A stretch of 64,000 nucleotides of DNA from Balanoglossus misakiensis (GCA_040954595.2 CM082579.2:3337227-3401226), one strand, 5' to 3'. Shown: positions 13,501 to 27,489, counted from the stretch's first letter. Numbers and translations: made by a program. Notes: generated from the letters alone by a model not told the origin.

Positions 13501-16500
13501 GTTGCCCGGAATTATCAGTGAATACGGGTTCCTGCCAGTTGACTACGGTACGCTTCTGTTTACTCTGCATGTCAATATTCTCCGGGCACTCGACAACCTT
13601 TGGCGATTCGTCGTCTTTGAAGTGATGGGAACGAAGAGGAAGTTAATAAGACTAGATTAACAGAAGACTACACAATACCAAATCTTCTTACAAATAAAGT
13701 GGTCACTTTTAACCTGCTAATAAATAGATGGGTGATAGAACCAGATGTCAGATAATTGGGATTGAGTTATGGAAAACGATGTTCTTTTGTTTTGATTTTC
13801 ACATAGTGGATGCTCAGGCCCTGTGGGCGAATCTATCCAAAGTGGGGGCGGTATCTCGCAAGGTAAACGTATGTATGAAAAACCGTCTGTATAAAATCTA
13901 AATACCTGTATGAGTGACTGGCCTAAACCAAGTTAGCAGACTTACTGCATACAACACGCGGACTTACCAATGACACGGATATAAAAAGTACAAGAACTGT
14001 TGAATCCACTTCCATCAGTTGCGGTGTACTGGATCTCATGGGCGCCTATGTTGAACTCGTGCGGTGATCCAATCCCCGCCGGCTGAACTGTGAGCGCCAG
14101 TTGCGCATGACTGTTGTCACGCACTTCAGGCTGCAACCACTCCACGAGGGCGCTGTCGAGGCCAGGGGTAGTGCCCTGTTTGATGCTGGCTGGACACGTA
14201 ATATCGGGAGGGGAGTTGTCTGCAAAAAATTATCGTGTTTATTAAAGCAACCCATGTTTTGAGAAATTAAAATTTAGATGCATTGGCGAGCTTCTCCTAT
14301 CACATATTGACCCCGAACTAGTTTTAGTTGTTGTAGGGTCTAATAAAATGTGTCGGGTTCTAACTAGACACGCAATTCTGTTTATAGGGTGTTCTTACCG
14401 ACACAGGAGACTTCTATATCAGCAAAGGTCCACAGCCCGGAAGCCTGGCACGTCTTGAAGGAAGGACCAACAATCTTGTAGCCGCTTTCACACGTGAACA
14501 CACAGATCTTCTTGAATCCTTGTTTCCGGTTGGTACACTTGGCGGGGTTAACGTTACCATTGACGGGCGATCGTAGAGCTGGGCATTTTTTACCTTCACA
14601 GGTGATGAAAAAAAATTATCGAAGAGGAATAAAAAATGAAACATGGAAACTTGCAAAACGTGTCATAAATTGCTGATGCAGTATAAGCATATTAAAATTC
14701 AAACAACAATAGACATCATTAAATCAAAGGATCATATGCAATTCGATAAAAGTCAAGTTATATCACAGAAAAACGGTTGAGCATTCTTCCATTAGGCGAA
14801 GAAAACGCTTGAGTTTGTCATCTACTGAGGCCCTGAGCCAAATTCGATAACATGCATGTGGGCGATTGCATAGGCGACCCCGGGGGACGACAACCTTACC
14901 TGTACAGGACGTATCAATTCCTGACCATTGACCACTCTCGCTACACTTTCGATGCGTTGAGCCCCCGAGTACAAACCCCCGGTCGCAGGAGAACTCGCAC
15001 ACGGTGCCAAACTCGTCTCCGTTGTTACACTGCTTAGCACCGTTGGCTGGAGCAGGGAGGTTGGGACACGTCACCCCTGTGGAAAAGAGGGTTTGAAACA
15101 ATGATTCAATTGCTGTAATATTGCGGATCTCAAGCAGAGATAAAGATGGAGAAAAGCAATCACAGAACAAACAGCAAGAAATCGTCCACTATTTAATCTA
15201 CGCGCAACATCAAGTCTGCTAACTTATCACCATGCCAACCAATCAGTCCTGCACTCACTTTCACAAATGGCTTCGGTGGTAGACCAATGACCCGTCGCTA
15301 GGCAACGCCTCATTCGGGACCGCGCATCTACCAACTGGTAACCCGCATCACAGCTGAACTGGCACTGCGAGTTGAACGCGTCGTCGCAATGGTGCGGCGT
15401 CATCTTCCCGTTCAGTGGTGCCCTCAGCTTCGGACATGTCTTCACTGGCGAATTCAAATATTTGAAAGAAAAGATTGTTGTGAATGGTTTGAAGTATCCC
15501 TTCTGGTGTTATGTTCAAAAATATCATTATGTTTAAGAATACACCCGTTATGGAACCGTGACGTTAAAAAAGGCAATTAAGAAACACCTACATGTACAAG
15601 GTATGTCATGGGCAGGATTTCCTTCGTAACCGGGGTTACAATGGCAGTCTGTGACGGAGGTACTCCTTGGGCCGTCGGTATTGGAGTTGTCTGGACAAGG
15701 CGTGCAAGACGGACTGGGCTCGAATGTACTCTTGTATGTACCTCTGGGACACTCTGTTGGAAAATTAGATCGTTTGGAGGATCACAGATTAGAGGTGGAC
15801 GCGGGATGTAAAGAGAGAAGAGGGAGACAGGAGGGAGAGAAAAGAAGAGGAGGGGAAGGGAGATGGGAAGAGGAAGAGAAAGAAGTAGAAAGTACACGTG
15901 AATAACGGTGGCGAGAAATTGGCCATTCCATTTGCAATGAACAGAATCGACATCTTTTTTTTAACGATTAATTAATCGAGATAAAAGAACTCTACCAAAT
16001 ACGAGTTTCTGCACACTTACCAGTGCACTGGCCCAACAGCCCATTATTTCCATAGTAACCAGGACCGCAAACGCAGTCGTACATTCCTCCAACCAGGGCA
16101 CACGTGCATTTGGCATCGATATCGCAACAGCCGAAACTCTGAGTCGGATTGGTGCAGAGGTTGTTACACGTGTCACGTGATATACTGGTGTCCCATCGGA
16201 CCTCGTGGGGGTCTGTTGGTGAAATAAGAGCAAAGTCATATGAGCTGCAAATTCGTATACTATTAGTTTTTTACTTGTATTATGAGTGTAATCGCATTAA
16301 TATGGAACCAATATCAAAATGGTAAGCTTACAAAGTCACTTCCTTATTGGAGTTTCGGGACTTCATTTGTCAAATTCAGTCAATGAGATGTTTAACTTCG
16401 GGGCACCAAATCACCACTTGTTTATGAACTTTTGAAATCATTATATTTTTCTCACCTCCCCTGATCCTCGATGCCAATTTCCTGAATTCTGCAAAACCCG

Positions 16501-17688
16501 AATACTCGAACGTGTGGAGATCTGAAGAGGCAATACTATTCAGTTCTTGCCTGTCGAATAGTCCCACGCCTATAGTGAAGATCTCAACGCCCGCGTCTTT
16601 CATTAAAGTGGCCGTCGGTACAGGGTCGCCTCCAATGTTCGATTGTCCGTCACTCATGAGAATGACCACCTATTTATCGTGGATGAAATTTCCATCGTTA
16701 GTTTTAATTGCTCTCCGTTGAAAATCCTCGATAACTGTTTGTTTCTTGCTAAATTGTACAGTTTAATACTAAACGACCGACTCAATTTTGAAAAGAAGAT
16801 CCTATGATATAGTTTTAGACATAGATATGCGTAAATGCACGTCTGCATCAACCCCAGTTTGAGTGATTCCGTCCCCTGTAATCTGAGTGTCCGCATCTCC
16901 ATGGCAACAACACGTCTGAGATATCGGTCATCGGTCGCATTGGAATCTCGTGACGGCATCGGCTGAACCGAATCACACAGGATAGACCTCAATGTATGGT
17001 TTTACAAAATAAGATATACATGTAATAGTTTGGTACACCATGACTACTTTCATCCACAGTGCTGCCCGTTGTACATCAATTCTATGTTCTTCACCATACG
17101 TAAAAATTTAATAGAGGAAAGTTCTTCTCAAAAATATTACGATATTCTTAGCTGGACAGAAACCTTAGGGAACATCGACCACAAACGGGCGCTTCTGTTC
17201 AATGAAGTGATTTCACAATGATGTCCCTGACAAGAATTATTCCGGCAATAAGGACTGTCAATAAATACCTTGTTTACGGTGGGACGAGCGTTAGCCAGCG
17301 TGTTCCTGGCTTCCTCCAGGGCTGCCTTGGTGTTCGTTTTCCCGGCGTTCTCATAGCGGACTTGCTGAATCTCCGAGCTGAAGAAGCACTTGTTCTTCGG
17401 GTTGCGCAGATAGTCGATGTGGCGCACCACGTCCTCGCTGTAGCTGACGACGGCGACCCGCGTGGCGTCCGGTGCCACGGTGAAGTGGGCCAGCAGGTTC
17501 TCCACGAAGACCTTCTCCGTCTCGAAGGACGCCGCGCCGACGCTGCCGGAGCGGTCGAGCAGGAACACCAGCTCGGATTTGCCTTGCGGGTAATCCCGAC
17601 TGAGCGGGGACGTCAGGATGTCGTTGCAGGAAACCTGGCCGCAGAGTACGCAGATACTCCACAAAAAGAGAGCTCTGATGAATTCCAT
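7546..17688 (-). CDS. SVEP1: SVEP1/polydom-like extracellular matrix protein (signal peptide-vWA-EGF-ephrin-receptor-like-3xSushi-2xHYR-Sushi-linker-3x ephrin-receptor-like-EGF repeats-pentraxin/LamG-EGFs-Sushi); multi-exon, 3' end not in window
   Basis: ATG at 17688 with signal peptide [17 protein letters not shown]. v[16 protein letters not shown], continued by [10 protein letters not shown] (~16460-16668). Sushi exons ([20 protein letters not shown]), HYR exons (~13970-14220), GCC2/3-type CPKGSYQ repeats, EGF repeats ([20 protein letters not shown]), pentraxin (FTIAFWL...WHHFAFTW; [11 protein letters not shown]; LNVWDFAL) and a last visible Sushi exon 7546-7740. About 26 exons with GT-AG boundaries. 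The last exon ends in a phase-1 GTGAGT donor with no stop codon. Confidence 0.85.
13124..13233. repeat. (CATT)n microsatellite in a SVEP1-like intron
   Basis: Perfect tetranucleotide run of ~27 units. Confidence 0.95.
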
Positions 17689-18160
17689 TGTAGCTGAGAA
17701 CAGCGTCTAAGCTGGAGTGGACAATTACGGAATACTCACCAAACTTGTCAACAAGTAGAAATCCACTGTAAGGAGATATACAGTTCCTACGAAAGACGAA
17801 CCCGGAACACTATTTCCGCATCTCACAACTGAGGTGGTATATTGTTACACCACTGGACTGGTCATCACCACCAGGCAAATAAAATTCTGTAAAAAATATC
17901 TTCTGTGCAAAATCTCCGTTGTATTTCCCAGCTTTAGTTCCCAAGAGGAAATTTCCCAATCTTTGGCATACCCCAAACTAGAAATCAGACTCAAACGCTT
18001 CTCTGTTTATCGCAGCGCTTCCAGGGTTGAAACTTCCTTGTTTTCTGCAAACGCGTCTTCCTGTTGTCTTCAACTTTCGCGGAAACAGATCGTTGACTGT
18101 CGGCTCTGGTTTCTCTCAGCAAATTCTACAGGTCGGGTCATGATACACATGTGGCATCGA

Positions 18161-18170
18161 CTTTTATATA
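18161..18170 (-). promoter_or_regulatory. Candidate TATA box of the SVEP1-like gene
   Basis: The minus strand reads TATATAAAAG, ~475 bp upstream of the ATG and in the correct orientation. Motif evidence only. Confidence 0.4.
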
Positions 18171-19721
18171 CGTCACTCTTCTATTCAAGTGTGAAGCATA
18201 AACTAATATACTATGTATATATACGTGAGACGATTTGTGCGTTGCCTAGCAAATAGCCATATCCAGCGATTGGGCTTGACAATACTTGCTTGTTTTGTCG
18301 TAATCTGAAATGAAATCATTAAAACCAACATCTCGCAACTTACTGAATGTAGACGGATTTTTTCCAGGGATAGTTTGCAACGACCTCGATTATTAAAGGG
18401 CTTGATCACCATTCCATGATTGCCACCACAACCGTCTCCTCAAAGGATACAAATATAAAATCTCTGTTTCATTGGGTAAATGGGAAAATTGACGACGGAC
18501 ATAGGCTTGGACTTGTCAACATATGTGTCCATGTTCTACTATTGGCTGTAATCCTGTAATATCAATGCTTCTTCAGCAAATACGACCATCCCACGAACAT
18601 TGAATCATGTTACTGGTAATAGGTTGCAGGGCCAGTGGTGTCATTTCACGCAGGCGCACTGATGTATGAAACCCTAGACTTATGACGTAGATTTAATGGC
18701 GTTTTCTCAAAGATGTTTTCAGAGTACATGTATGAGGAAGAGAAGCGACTTCAAAATGAGCTCTCTCTTTTTTGTAAGCTTTATCATTGTACAGGCTTCT
18801 ATGTGTACGTATTATTCTCAAATCATATGAATCTTTCATCTGACTGCCATGATTTTATCATGTGAACAAAATCATTTACAAGAAAATTATTCCATCATCT
18901 GGCTGGAAAAAACACACACGCAAATACCATTTATTTGAAGTTTTGCTTTTTATTTGCAATCTTTTGACAGGTACTATTAACAGCATCAAGAAAGCAAAAC
19001 TGTACAAATACAGAACTCTTGTATTTTTTTGCATTTGGTTTCAAAATAATCCAGGAAAATACAACAAATACATTGCCGTATAACATAGCAATACTTTGCA
19101 AAGCTATGGAAAATAATGTATAGAGCCCAATATAAATAAAAAAGACTCGAATTTGAAAGACATGATCTACAGGCATTCATTACATGTATACATCTTTCTC
19201 TATACAGAACAAAAAATAACTTTGAATTTAAAGCAAATGATAGTAAAGCAAAGCTGGGAAAATTGAGAAAACAAAACACATAGAAAGCAAGAAATGGGCA
19301 TTTTTGGAAGATTGTTTTCAATTTTTTTTCAGGATGCAACAGAAGTCCAGTTTTTTAAATACGAATTTCGGGATAAGTTTGCCTTGTTTCAGTTTATCTT
19401 TGAGGTCACAGAATTCTTTGTTAAACCACAGACCTCTATAGTTTTTCTCACGGGTCTGTTGAAACTGATTGTCACAGAGAGCTAGTTTCCCCTATAACAG
19501 TACAGCGTTAAACCAAGAGTAAATAACAGCAACATAAACATGGATGAGTTCATGAGTACACAAAAGAAAATCCCAGAGACTGCAACAGGGATACACCTGG
19601 GCTCTGTAACACAGACAGCAATTCTATACATTTACAAGAAAGTTGCCACAAAAGTAGAGACTAAGAGAGGGGGGGGGGGGACAAAAGTTTTGGTCAGTGA
19701 CATGTAAATGGGGTCTGCGAT

Positions 19722-19815
19722 TTAACCCTTTCACCACTATGGTTCAAATCCAAACCTATTGTTTTCTGTGGTAAGGATGGACATCTAAAGAGGTAACTGG
19801 GGGTGAAAAGGTGAA
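19722..19815 (+). mobile_element. piggyBac-like MITE copy 1 (degenerate right end)
   Basis: TTAA-CCCTTTCACCACTATGGTT...ATTGTTTTCTGTGGTAAG...GGTGAAAAGG-TGAA; aligns with the copy at 20290. Confidence 0.75.
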
Positions 19816-20289
19816 ATAACTGGCAGTTGCACCTCTCTGGAATAATCGGCAAAGGTCAATCTTATAGGATTCTTTGTTTTGTGTCACTCCTACAGAGCAG
19901 AAACATAATGCAATTGTTTCTTCTGTAGTACAACGAAACTGGGCTGTATACAAACGTGATTCAGGATTTTCTGAACCACACAAACATTTAAAGCTAACCA
20001 AACAAGTACCAACAGATAAAGCCAGCAGGGCAATGAATACTTAGTACATGCAGAGACTTTTAACACCGACATTTACAGTACTTTGATGACTTCATTTCCG
20101 AAAATGGATCATGTTCCAAAATTACAAGCCGTCTCGTTTCAATCGATTTCAAGCAGATATACTCTCCCTTTCCTTGTCAGGTAAAAACCTTAGACACAAA
20201 CCAAAGAATTCAATTGTAGGTGCCTGACAATGAACATTTTGAAATAAACTGGAACTTCAGGAAATTTAGGTTCAAGATTAGCTGCTGCT

Positions 20290-20381
20290 TTAACCCTTTC
20301 ACCACCATGGTTTGGTCCGAATCCATTGTTTTCTATGGTAAAGTTGGACCTCTATATTTTGAATGGAGGTGAAAGGGTTAA
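20290..20381 (+). mobile_element. piggyBac-like MITE copy 2 (intact, 84 bp between TTAA sites)
   Basis: TTAA|CCCTTTCACC...GGTGAAAGGG|TTAA: perfect 10-bp TIRs starting CCC, flanked by TTAA on both sides. Confidence 0.85.
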
Positions 20382-20478
20382 TCTCATGAGAATGAAGAGC
20401 ACACAGCACTTACTCTATGAAGTAATAAAATAATTACATAAAAATATTACAGATGTTTGATATAATTTTTTGGACCGC

Positions 20479-23400
20479 TCAAAATCCAGTGGCAGTGCTC
20501 CATAGTCTGCTCACTGCATCATTAATCCTGGCTCTGAAAGGGTACTTTGACGTCACTGATCCATCTGAGCGTGCTCTCTTCCGCCTTGTCACTGGCCCTG
20601 AATGCGCACTGCTACTGCTGCCTTCAGAATCAGAGTCGTAGTCATTGCTGCTGGCGTTTCCCGCCTCCACACTGTTGCTGTCAATGTCACTCTGGCTGTT
20701 GCGGTCGTCGTCGTCGCTGCTCTCGATTCTCTTTATCCTCGCGCTGCGCCGCGTCGGTCCCGACTTGGAGCTGGACGCAGGGCTCCCTACATCGTCCACG
20801 GGGCTGGTGTCGCGACTCGACCGGCAGATGCTCACCTCGTCGTCCACGTACTCGTACTGCTTGTCCGCAGAGTTGCTTTCGGCGTCCAGTTCGCCGTCGA
20901 GTTTCCTCCGAGCGCTACGCGTCTTGAAAGGGTACGCGTCGCTCTCCTGTTCCTTGGCATCTAGGCCATCTCTGGCACTGCCTAGAAGTCTACCTTTGCC
21001 TGTACACGACGAACTCTGAGCGTTTTTCTTAGGTATTCGATACCCGCTCAGGCTTCCCCTTGGGTTCGTCTGCGACGCAAACAGGGACTCGCGGACTTTG
21101 GCAGCCTCATCCCTCATACTCTCCTGCCGAGGAGAAATTTCAGTTCTTCGAATCATTTTGAATTTCTCCTGAGAAGAGGCATTGCTAGAAGTCCTGGACT
21201 TGGTTCTGCTTGAGTACACCTTGCTTCTGTTGGCCCTGTCCACATCGTTCACTACTCTGCCTTTGTCTGCCTTCAAAACAACCATCGGATTCCCGAGGTT
21301 AAAATACGTATCAATCCTCCTCTGTGCCAGCCTATCAAAGCTCCCATTCATCCTCAGTTTTTTAGATCTGGAGCCGGCATTTTCTGGTTCATGCACTCTT
21401 TTAAGGGTAATAGTGGGAACGATTTCGTCTTTGTTTTCTTTCTGGCTTTTCTCACACTTGGAATTCACTGGGAGCTTCTCTTCCTTCCCTGACCGGTGTT
21501 CCCTCTCATCGCCGGTTACGTCCTCTCTTTTTATCGACAATAAATTATTGTTAATGAGTTTACTTTCCGTCCTTTCGGAACCGGACACACTGTCCACACT
21601 CATGTCAACGCGGCATTTGTCATTGCTGCCTGGCCTGGATACAAAAGAGCTCGCTTGACTGTCATCCTTGGACAATACGACTCGGGAAGTCAGAGCGGGA
21701 CTGGAGTGACGCCAACGCCGACGTCTGGATTGTCGGCTTGACCGGCTGGAGCGACTTCCGGCAGTGGACAGGCTGTCGCTACCTTCTTCCGGACCCGTGC
21801 TCTCCGACGCACTGCTCTCTCCCAGAGCTTCACTGTCCGTCCGCACTATTGTCATGATTTCTTTCTCGCTGCACTGCAGGGCCGTTCTGATCCACTCCAT
21901 TTCGTTGTTCTCGTAAACGGCGCTGTCGTCGTCCAGCAGCTCTGCTTGCCGGTGAAAGATCTGTTCGCGTAGTTTGTTTGACTGCCGACTGAGCTTCTCC
22001 CTCTTCTGCACCATATAGCAGAGGTTGCGTACCTACGAAACGGAGACAAAGGAAAAGGCTTTAACTGATATGCACAATATTTTGTTAAATATGAAACCCA
22101 TAAATTGCAGGATACATTTCATACGGCCAAAGTTACTCAAAAATTCCACAAAATTTACAGAAGGCTGACTCACTCTCTCATCATGCCCACATGCAGACTC
22201 TACTTTATATTTGAGATGGTGAAATATTATCTCAACTTAAAAGTGACAGCTACACTTACCCTTTCAAGATCCTGTCGTAAGTGCACAAACATTCTCATCC
22301 GAGCAATCAAGCTATCCTCCTCGGCCTGTGACATGGCGCCACTTTCTTCTTTCTTTGGCGTCACCAACGGTCGGTTGAAATTGGACTGCAAAAATAATCA
22401 TACAAGATATAGTGTTATGTCAAGTCGCACCTACATGGTAAAGCTGCAAACCCTGTTTGAAGTTACACATAGGTGACAATAGAACCCTACCTTTCTCTTC
22501 AGTTTCCAATATTCACAGACCATATCAACAGCTTCCAGATTGTCTTTCATGTCCAAGGCAGATGCAACATCTTTGGCTCTGATTTGCTTGAAAAACTCGT
22601 CTTCAAGTTGTTGAATTCTTTTTATAAAAAGAAAGTAAATGTCACCATAGTCACAGAAAGTATTTAGCATGTATGGACAAGAGGGCTTCACTTGGATGAG
22701 TCACCCCCCCCCCCCCCCCAGTGTCTATATTTAAGCTGATACTTACCCCAATGCTCGCTCATTGGCCTTCTCCTCCTGAGTTTTTTCCTTCTTGGGCGTC
22801 GACTTCATGGGTGAATCTGTGGTGTCAATGTCACCTTGTAGTCTTCTCTTGGTGTGCCTCATGCAGTATGACTGGATGTGTAAAATTAAACAAGAAATTA
22901 TTTATAAGCTGGAAATTATTTGCTTCTAGCGATCGTGCTGTTCTCCACACCCATGAAAACTAACACAAATATTTTTACACCATGGAAGGTTCTCAACAAA
23001 CCCCACTCACCTTAAATTTAACATCGGAATTCTCATCCAAGTAAGTTTTCATTTCCAGGCTATTTTGAAAACCGCAGGTCACATGATACGCTGTCTTGCA
23101 GGTTTTCACCTGAATGGGGAAAAAAGCTTTTGGTTATCATATATCTATCGTACAGTATAGTATCAATTCACACCCATCCTTCTTGTACACATCCTCAGCA
23201 AAAGTTGTGTTAAACTGGTTCAAATAATTGTGATGTAAAATGCATCGATGAAAGCAAATCTGTTTTAAAATTGCTTACAAAGAATGTGGCAGTCCTTAAA
23301 ACTCACGAGAAACACAAATTTTTCTTCTCGTCTTCAACAGCACTGACAATACTAAACCACTTACCGAACACTGAATACATGCACCCGTTCTCTCCCGGCA

Positions 23401-24252
23401 AAGACTACAGATCAACGTCCAACGGCTCCCCTGTCAAAAAAAAAAAAATTACCACTCAGAAAACAAAGCATCGAAGAAGGGGGAGGCCACTTTCATGACC
23501 CCAGTGACCTCACAACAAAATACCAGGATGTAAAGGTCACACAGGGGTCATTAAAATAGCCTATTATAGTACAGTTATGGCTCAGGTCATTCAGACAGAC
23601 ATCTGATACTTACAGGTATTTGTGATATCTTAGTGATGGGTTCCATCTTCTCCACGCACCCAATGCTGACTTCTGGGATCCACAGTGCACAGCTTACGTG
23701 AGCCCACTTGGCACCGCTCCTGAAAACCACAGAACAACTTCATGATCAACACTCCCATGACAATGTCTTGTTTTGTCAACTTGGACGAAATGTACACAAC
23801 TCAACATTTGAAGCGTACATGCTCACGAGAACATATCCACAACCATCCCTATATATAGAGGAAATTATGGAAACACACTCAGTCACCTATTGAAAATTAT
23901 GCATTGTACACACCTTGTACTTTTCATCGCACCCCCTTTCTTTGGACAGAGTAAACACACAGGCTGCATTCCCAGAGCACAAGTCCGGCACATCCAGCTG
24001 CCTTCCGGAATCTTGACTATTCCATAGCAGGCCTGGTGCACACAGATGTCGCAGGAGTCACAGAACACCATTTCATTGCCCTCTTCACAGTCAGGCTGAA
24101 ATGGAATACAAATAGTGCACATCATCATCACCATCTTCGTTGTCATCATCATCATCACCTCCACTATCATCATCATCATCATCACCACTATCATCATCAT
24201 CATCATCACCACCACTATCATCATCATCATCATCATCATCATCACCACCACT

Positions 24253-24283
<31 letters not shown>

Positions 24284-25736
24284 CCACTATCATCATCATC
24301 ATCATCGTCATCATCACACACACACTCAGTGGACTACGTAGCTTGAAATTTATAACAACACTTACAGATCTGCACACGTCACAGATCACATCTTCATCAT
24401 ACTCTATACCAAGTCCCTCTTGTGTCAGAATGGCATGCGTCATATTATCATGACACTGCTTTTCACATTCCTCCATCAGCCTTTCCATCATCAGCTCATC
24501 CACTGGCAGGTCACCTGAGCAAGTCACACAAAACAAAAAGTTAAAATACAAAGAGTAAATTTTGTTCTATAGTTTGAATATCATATTTTTCTTATTTAAG
24601 TGAATTAAAATTTCAATAACCATAACCAATCACCTCGACTGTGTCAAATTATCAGGTCAAAATTTGATCATGTGTCCAGCTTCTAGAATTCGACCTAAAA
24701 ATATCTACAGACTGTATTTTCTGAAGCAATCTGAGAAATCAAAACTCACCCATTTCCTCCCTCACTCTATTGACCAGCTTCAACCACTGTGTGTCTGCAT
24801 CATCCAGGTCATATCGACAGGCTTCCGATGCTAGCTGCTGCAGGGTCGAAGCACTGTATTCACCATCTCCACTCCCACTCACGTACTTCTTGGGCCTAGC
24901 AAAAAAACAGCAACACAATTTGGTATTTTCTTCACTTCAAGACCATTTTTTGCAAATACATGTTACTATTTTACACCTCCCGTCCCTGAATATCCATTTA
25001 GTATCATTTTGAATTCATTACTTCGGCTAAAATTGCTTCTGGTGTGCGCTTCATGCAATACTTTTTGTTGAACCATTGTCTACTTTCTACTTACAACTTG
25101 AAATCTCCAGATTCCCATCTCAGCGGAATATCCCTCGCCACTGGATCAGGATACTCATCCAGGTTAACTGGCACCTGCACACCCTTTTCCCACTCTTGCT
25201 TCCACTGGTCCGTTATCAGATAATAATCTTCCAGCGGAAGTTGGTAGGAGTCCGGCAACTTCATGGCACTGATTAGATCCTTCCGGAAAACCTGCGAATT
25301 TTTAAAATCAACTTTGTTCAGAGAAACTCAGAAAGAGCTCCCCTTTGGAATATCACTGCACAATGCAGTCATTTGAACAAAGGACGGCTGCGATGTAGTC
25401 ACCCTACTATTCACATGTTCACAAACCTTTAGCAAATCAACAATGAAAAATGGAAGCAGTCAGAGTTACCACATGGGCTACTAATAAGCAGTGATTAGTG
25501 ACAAAAACATAGAATATAGCTACAATCAAATTTTCTGTCCTCTCTGTTCTATTTCAGGATTATTACCATCATTATTTTTAAAACCAGTTACAGAATTTTA
25601 AAAAATCCTACTAAATATCTGGATTAATGAGCACTAAATTAAATTAAATTGTATATCTTACCTCAGCTGGTTTCTTGCTGTTACCACTTGTTGGTGTTTC
25701 AAATATCGGCTGGGGAGGGGGTGGTACAATACTCAT
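20479..25736 (-). CDS. JADE: JADE-family PHD/PZP protein (HBO1 acetyltransferase complex scaffold; JADE1/2/3 or rhinoceros homolog), ~12 coding exons
   Basis: Spliced translation gives KPAE|[18 protein letters not shown]...[15 protein letters not shown] (EPL1 domain), [17 protein letters not shown]|[39 protein letters not shown] (PHD1), [38 protein letters not shown] and [11 protein letters not shown]|[13 protein letters not shown]. These are followed by a long Ser/Arg-rich last exon (20479-22032). The start at 25736 is the first in-frame ATG; an upstream coding exon cannot be excluded. Confidence 0.92.
24117..24316. repeat. Interrupted (CAT)n/(CAC) trinucleotide microsatellite inside JADE intron 24096-24365
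   Basis: CAT runs punctuated by CACCAC(CAC)TAT; explains the poly-H/D/I/S/M ORFs in the track. Confidence 0.95.
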
Positions 25737-26457
25737 CTTGGTCTATATAATAACAAAGCAAACCCCACATTAGGTTAAAAAATTAAACCAATACATCTTG
25801 CGTGAATTTCTGTACATATATAATTCCAAACGCATAAACAGTGACAAGCCCACGGAATTATCAAGAGACGTACTTCATGAATACTATCGCAAGATATTAT
25901 TATTCCTCCCATGCACCTCAGCTTATTACTCAGATTGGCGCACCACTGCAGACACAATAGCTTTTCAGGGCATTGTATGACCAGAGTACAGCTTGCACCT
26001 GCTGTTTGTTGACTGTGCCCACTTTGACTCGAGTGGCACCCCCAGCAGCAAATTAAAGACTGTATCACACAAAGCGGAAATCTGCCACTAATAAAACAAA
26101 TTATTTATACAAATGTGACACACGCTACTTTATTGCGCCAACGAGTTAGGAACCTAACACTGATTTTACAAGGCAAAGCAACCGACTCGAAATGGTAAAC
26201 AAACGGATGGCTTGCCAGTGAACTTTGACATGGAATTTACATATTATGCTAATAACCCAAACAGAAAAATAATGCTTTCAAAGTTCGCGTAAAAACAATC
26301 GATATAACGCAGGGAAATTCGACAAACACTTCATTGGGCCAATTTTCCGTGAGACCAATGGATGGTTTCGTGGTCAAATCTTCACAGTTGTCACAAAAAC
26401 GTCTCAAAACGGAAAAATTTTGCTGGTAATTTCAATACTGCGAATGTACGACATTTT

Positions 26458-26467
26458 CAAAATGGCG
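26458..26467. promoter_or_regulatory. YY1-like motif (CAAAATGGCG) in the probable JADE promoter/5'UTR region
   Basis: Matches the AANATGGCG YY1 core, in a CpG-richer segment ~720 bp upstream of the JADE ATG. Motif evidence only. Confidence 0.35.
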
Positions 26468-27354
26468 ACCACTCCTCCACTATTAATACCGCGCGCATTG
26501 TCAAGTATTGTCATGTATCTTGTAAAGAAGAGAGAAAATACTTTTAAAACGCGTGAAGGGCGTTATAGGTACAATTTCTTCCGTTCAGATTCTCAAGGAA
26601 ACATTTCGTAAAATTAATGGAGGTGCCATATTGCATATCAATAGGGTTTTTACCACACGCAATGGTACGTTCGTGCAACAATGGCCACATGTACAATGTA
26701 ACTGTAATTTCAGACATGCATTTTTGACGGAATATCTCACCTGCTTTCAAGAAATAGACTCTGTACTGACAACTCTTCACTTCGGTATTGACCTCGGAGA
26801 CTTGAAAAGCGTGGCGGTGAACCTATGAACCCGCGTATTGCTGGAAAACATCCGAGCTCACGGTCCTAATTAAATATTCGTCGCAGTAGCAAATGCATTA
26901 AAATAAAGTGCATCACCACAGGAGCAGAGTGACCAGAAAATTAGTCTTCTGTGCTTCTTCTGGTGCTACTAGGTAGCCGAATGTCTGCATAAAATATCCA
27001 TTGTCGCCAAAATTGGTTGGTAATTTTGAACGAGCACTTGCTGCCTTTCTACTCTTGGCGCCATGCTGATGACGTCATGAGAATTCTTCAAAAACCACGC
27101 GAGGCTGAGCGAGAACTTGCATAGCGCCAGCACAGGGCGCTATCCCTCATTGCCTTTCGTTTTTATTATTACTCTGTACTTAGTTGCCCAGTGGTTCGTA
27201 TGGTGATTTTATTATACAAACATCGCATGACAACAAATATTTTCCTTGCTTTATTTGTTGAACCAGAAACAATATCCATTTTTTAAAACTGCAATTGGAA
27301 ATGTATTTTCTAGTTCAATTATGAGTCTCATGGATCTTCAAAATGTCATCACAT

Positions 27355-27471
27355 TCATCCATCCATCCATCCATCCTTCATCCATCCTTCATCCATCCAT
27401 CCATCCATCCATCCATCCATCCATCCATCCATCCATCCATCCATCCATCCATCCGTCCGTCCGTCCGTCCG
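27355..27471. repeat. (CATC)n microsatellite grading into (CGTC)n
   Basis: Tetranucleotide run immediately 3' of the FKRP-like stop codon. Confidence 0.95.
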
Positions 27472-27489
27472 TGAGAACAGCGGGACATG

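Noticed and set aside
17218-17697. Antisense/alternate-frame ORFs over GC-rich exons (also at 20547-21658, 27608-28174, 36378-36812, 40165-40641, 45382-46068)
   Set aside because: Shadow ORFs caused by high GC3 in real coding exons; no recognisable domains.
17694-17739. Possible 46-nt 5'UTR intron of the SVEP1-like gene (GTGAGT...TTCTCAG)
   Set aside because: Shorter than other introns in the window and cannot be supported without transcript data.
18442-18450. Another GTATCCTTT (minus strand) resembling a U12 donor
   Set aside because: Intergenic, with no associated exon or downstream CCTTAAC branch point found; a chance match is likely.
23494-23552. Short imperfect inverted repeat with AGGTCA half-sites in a JADE intron (similar motif at ~31916)
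   Set aside because: Arms of only ~16 bp with gaps; insufficient to call an element or nuclear-receptor site.
24036-24453. Poly-His, poly-Asp, poly-Ile and poly-Ser ORFs
   Set aside because: Alternative-frame translations of the intronic (CAT)n microsatellite.
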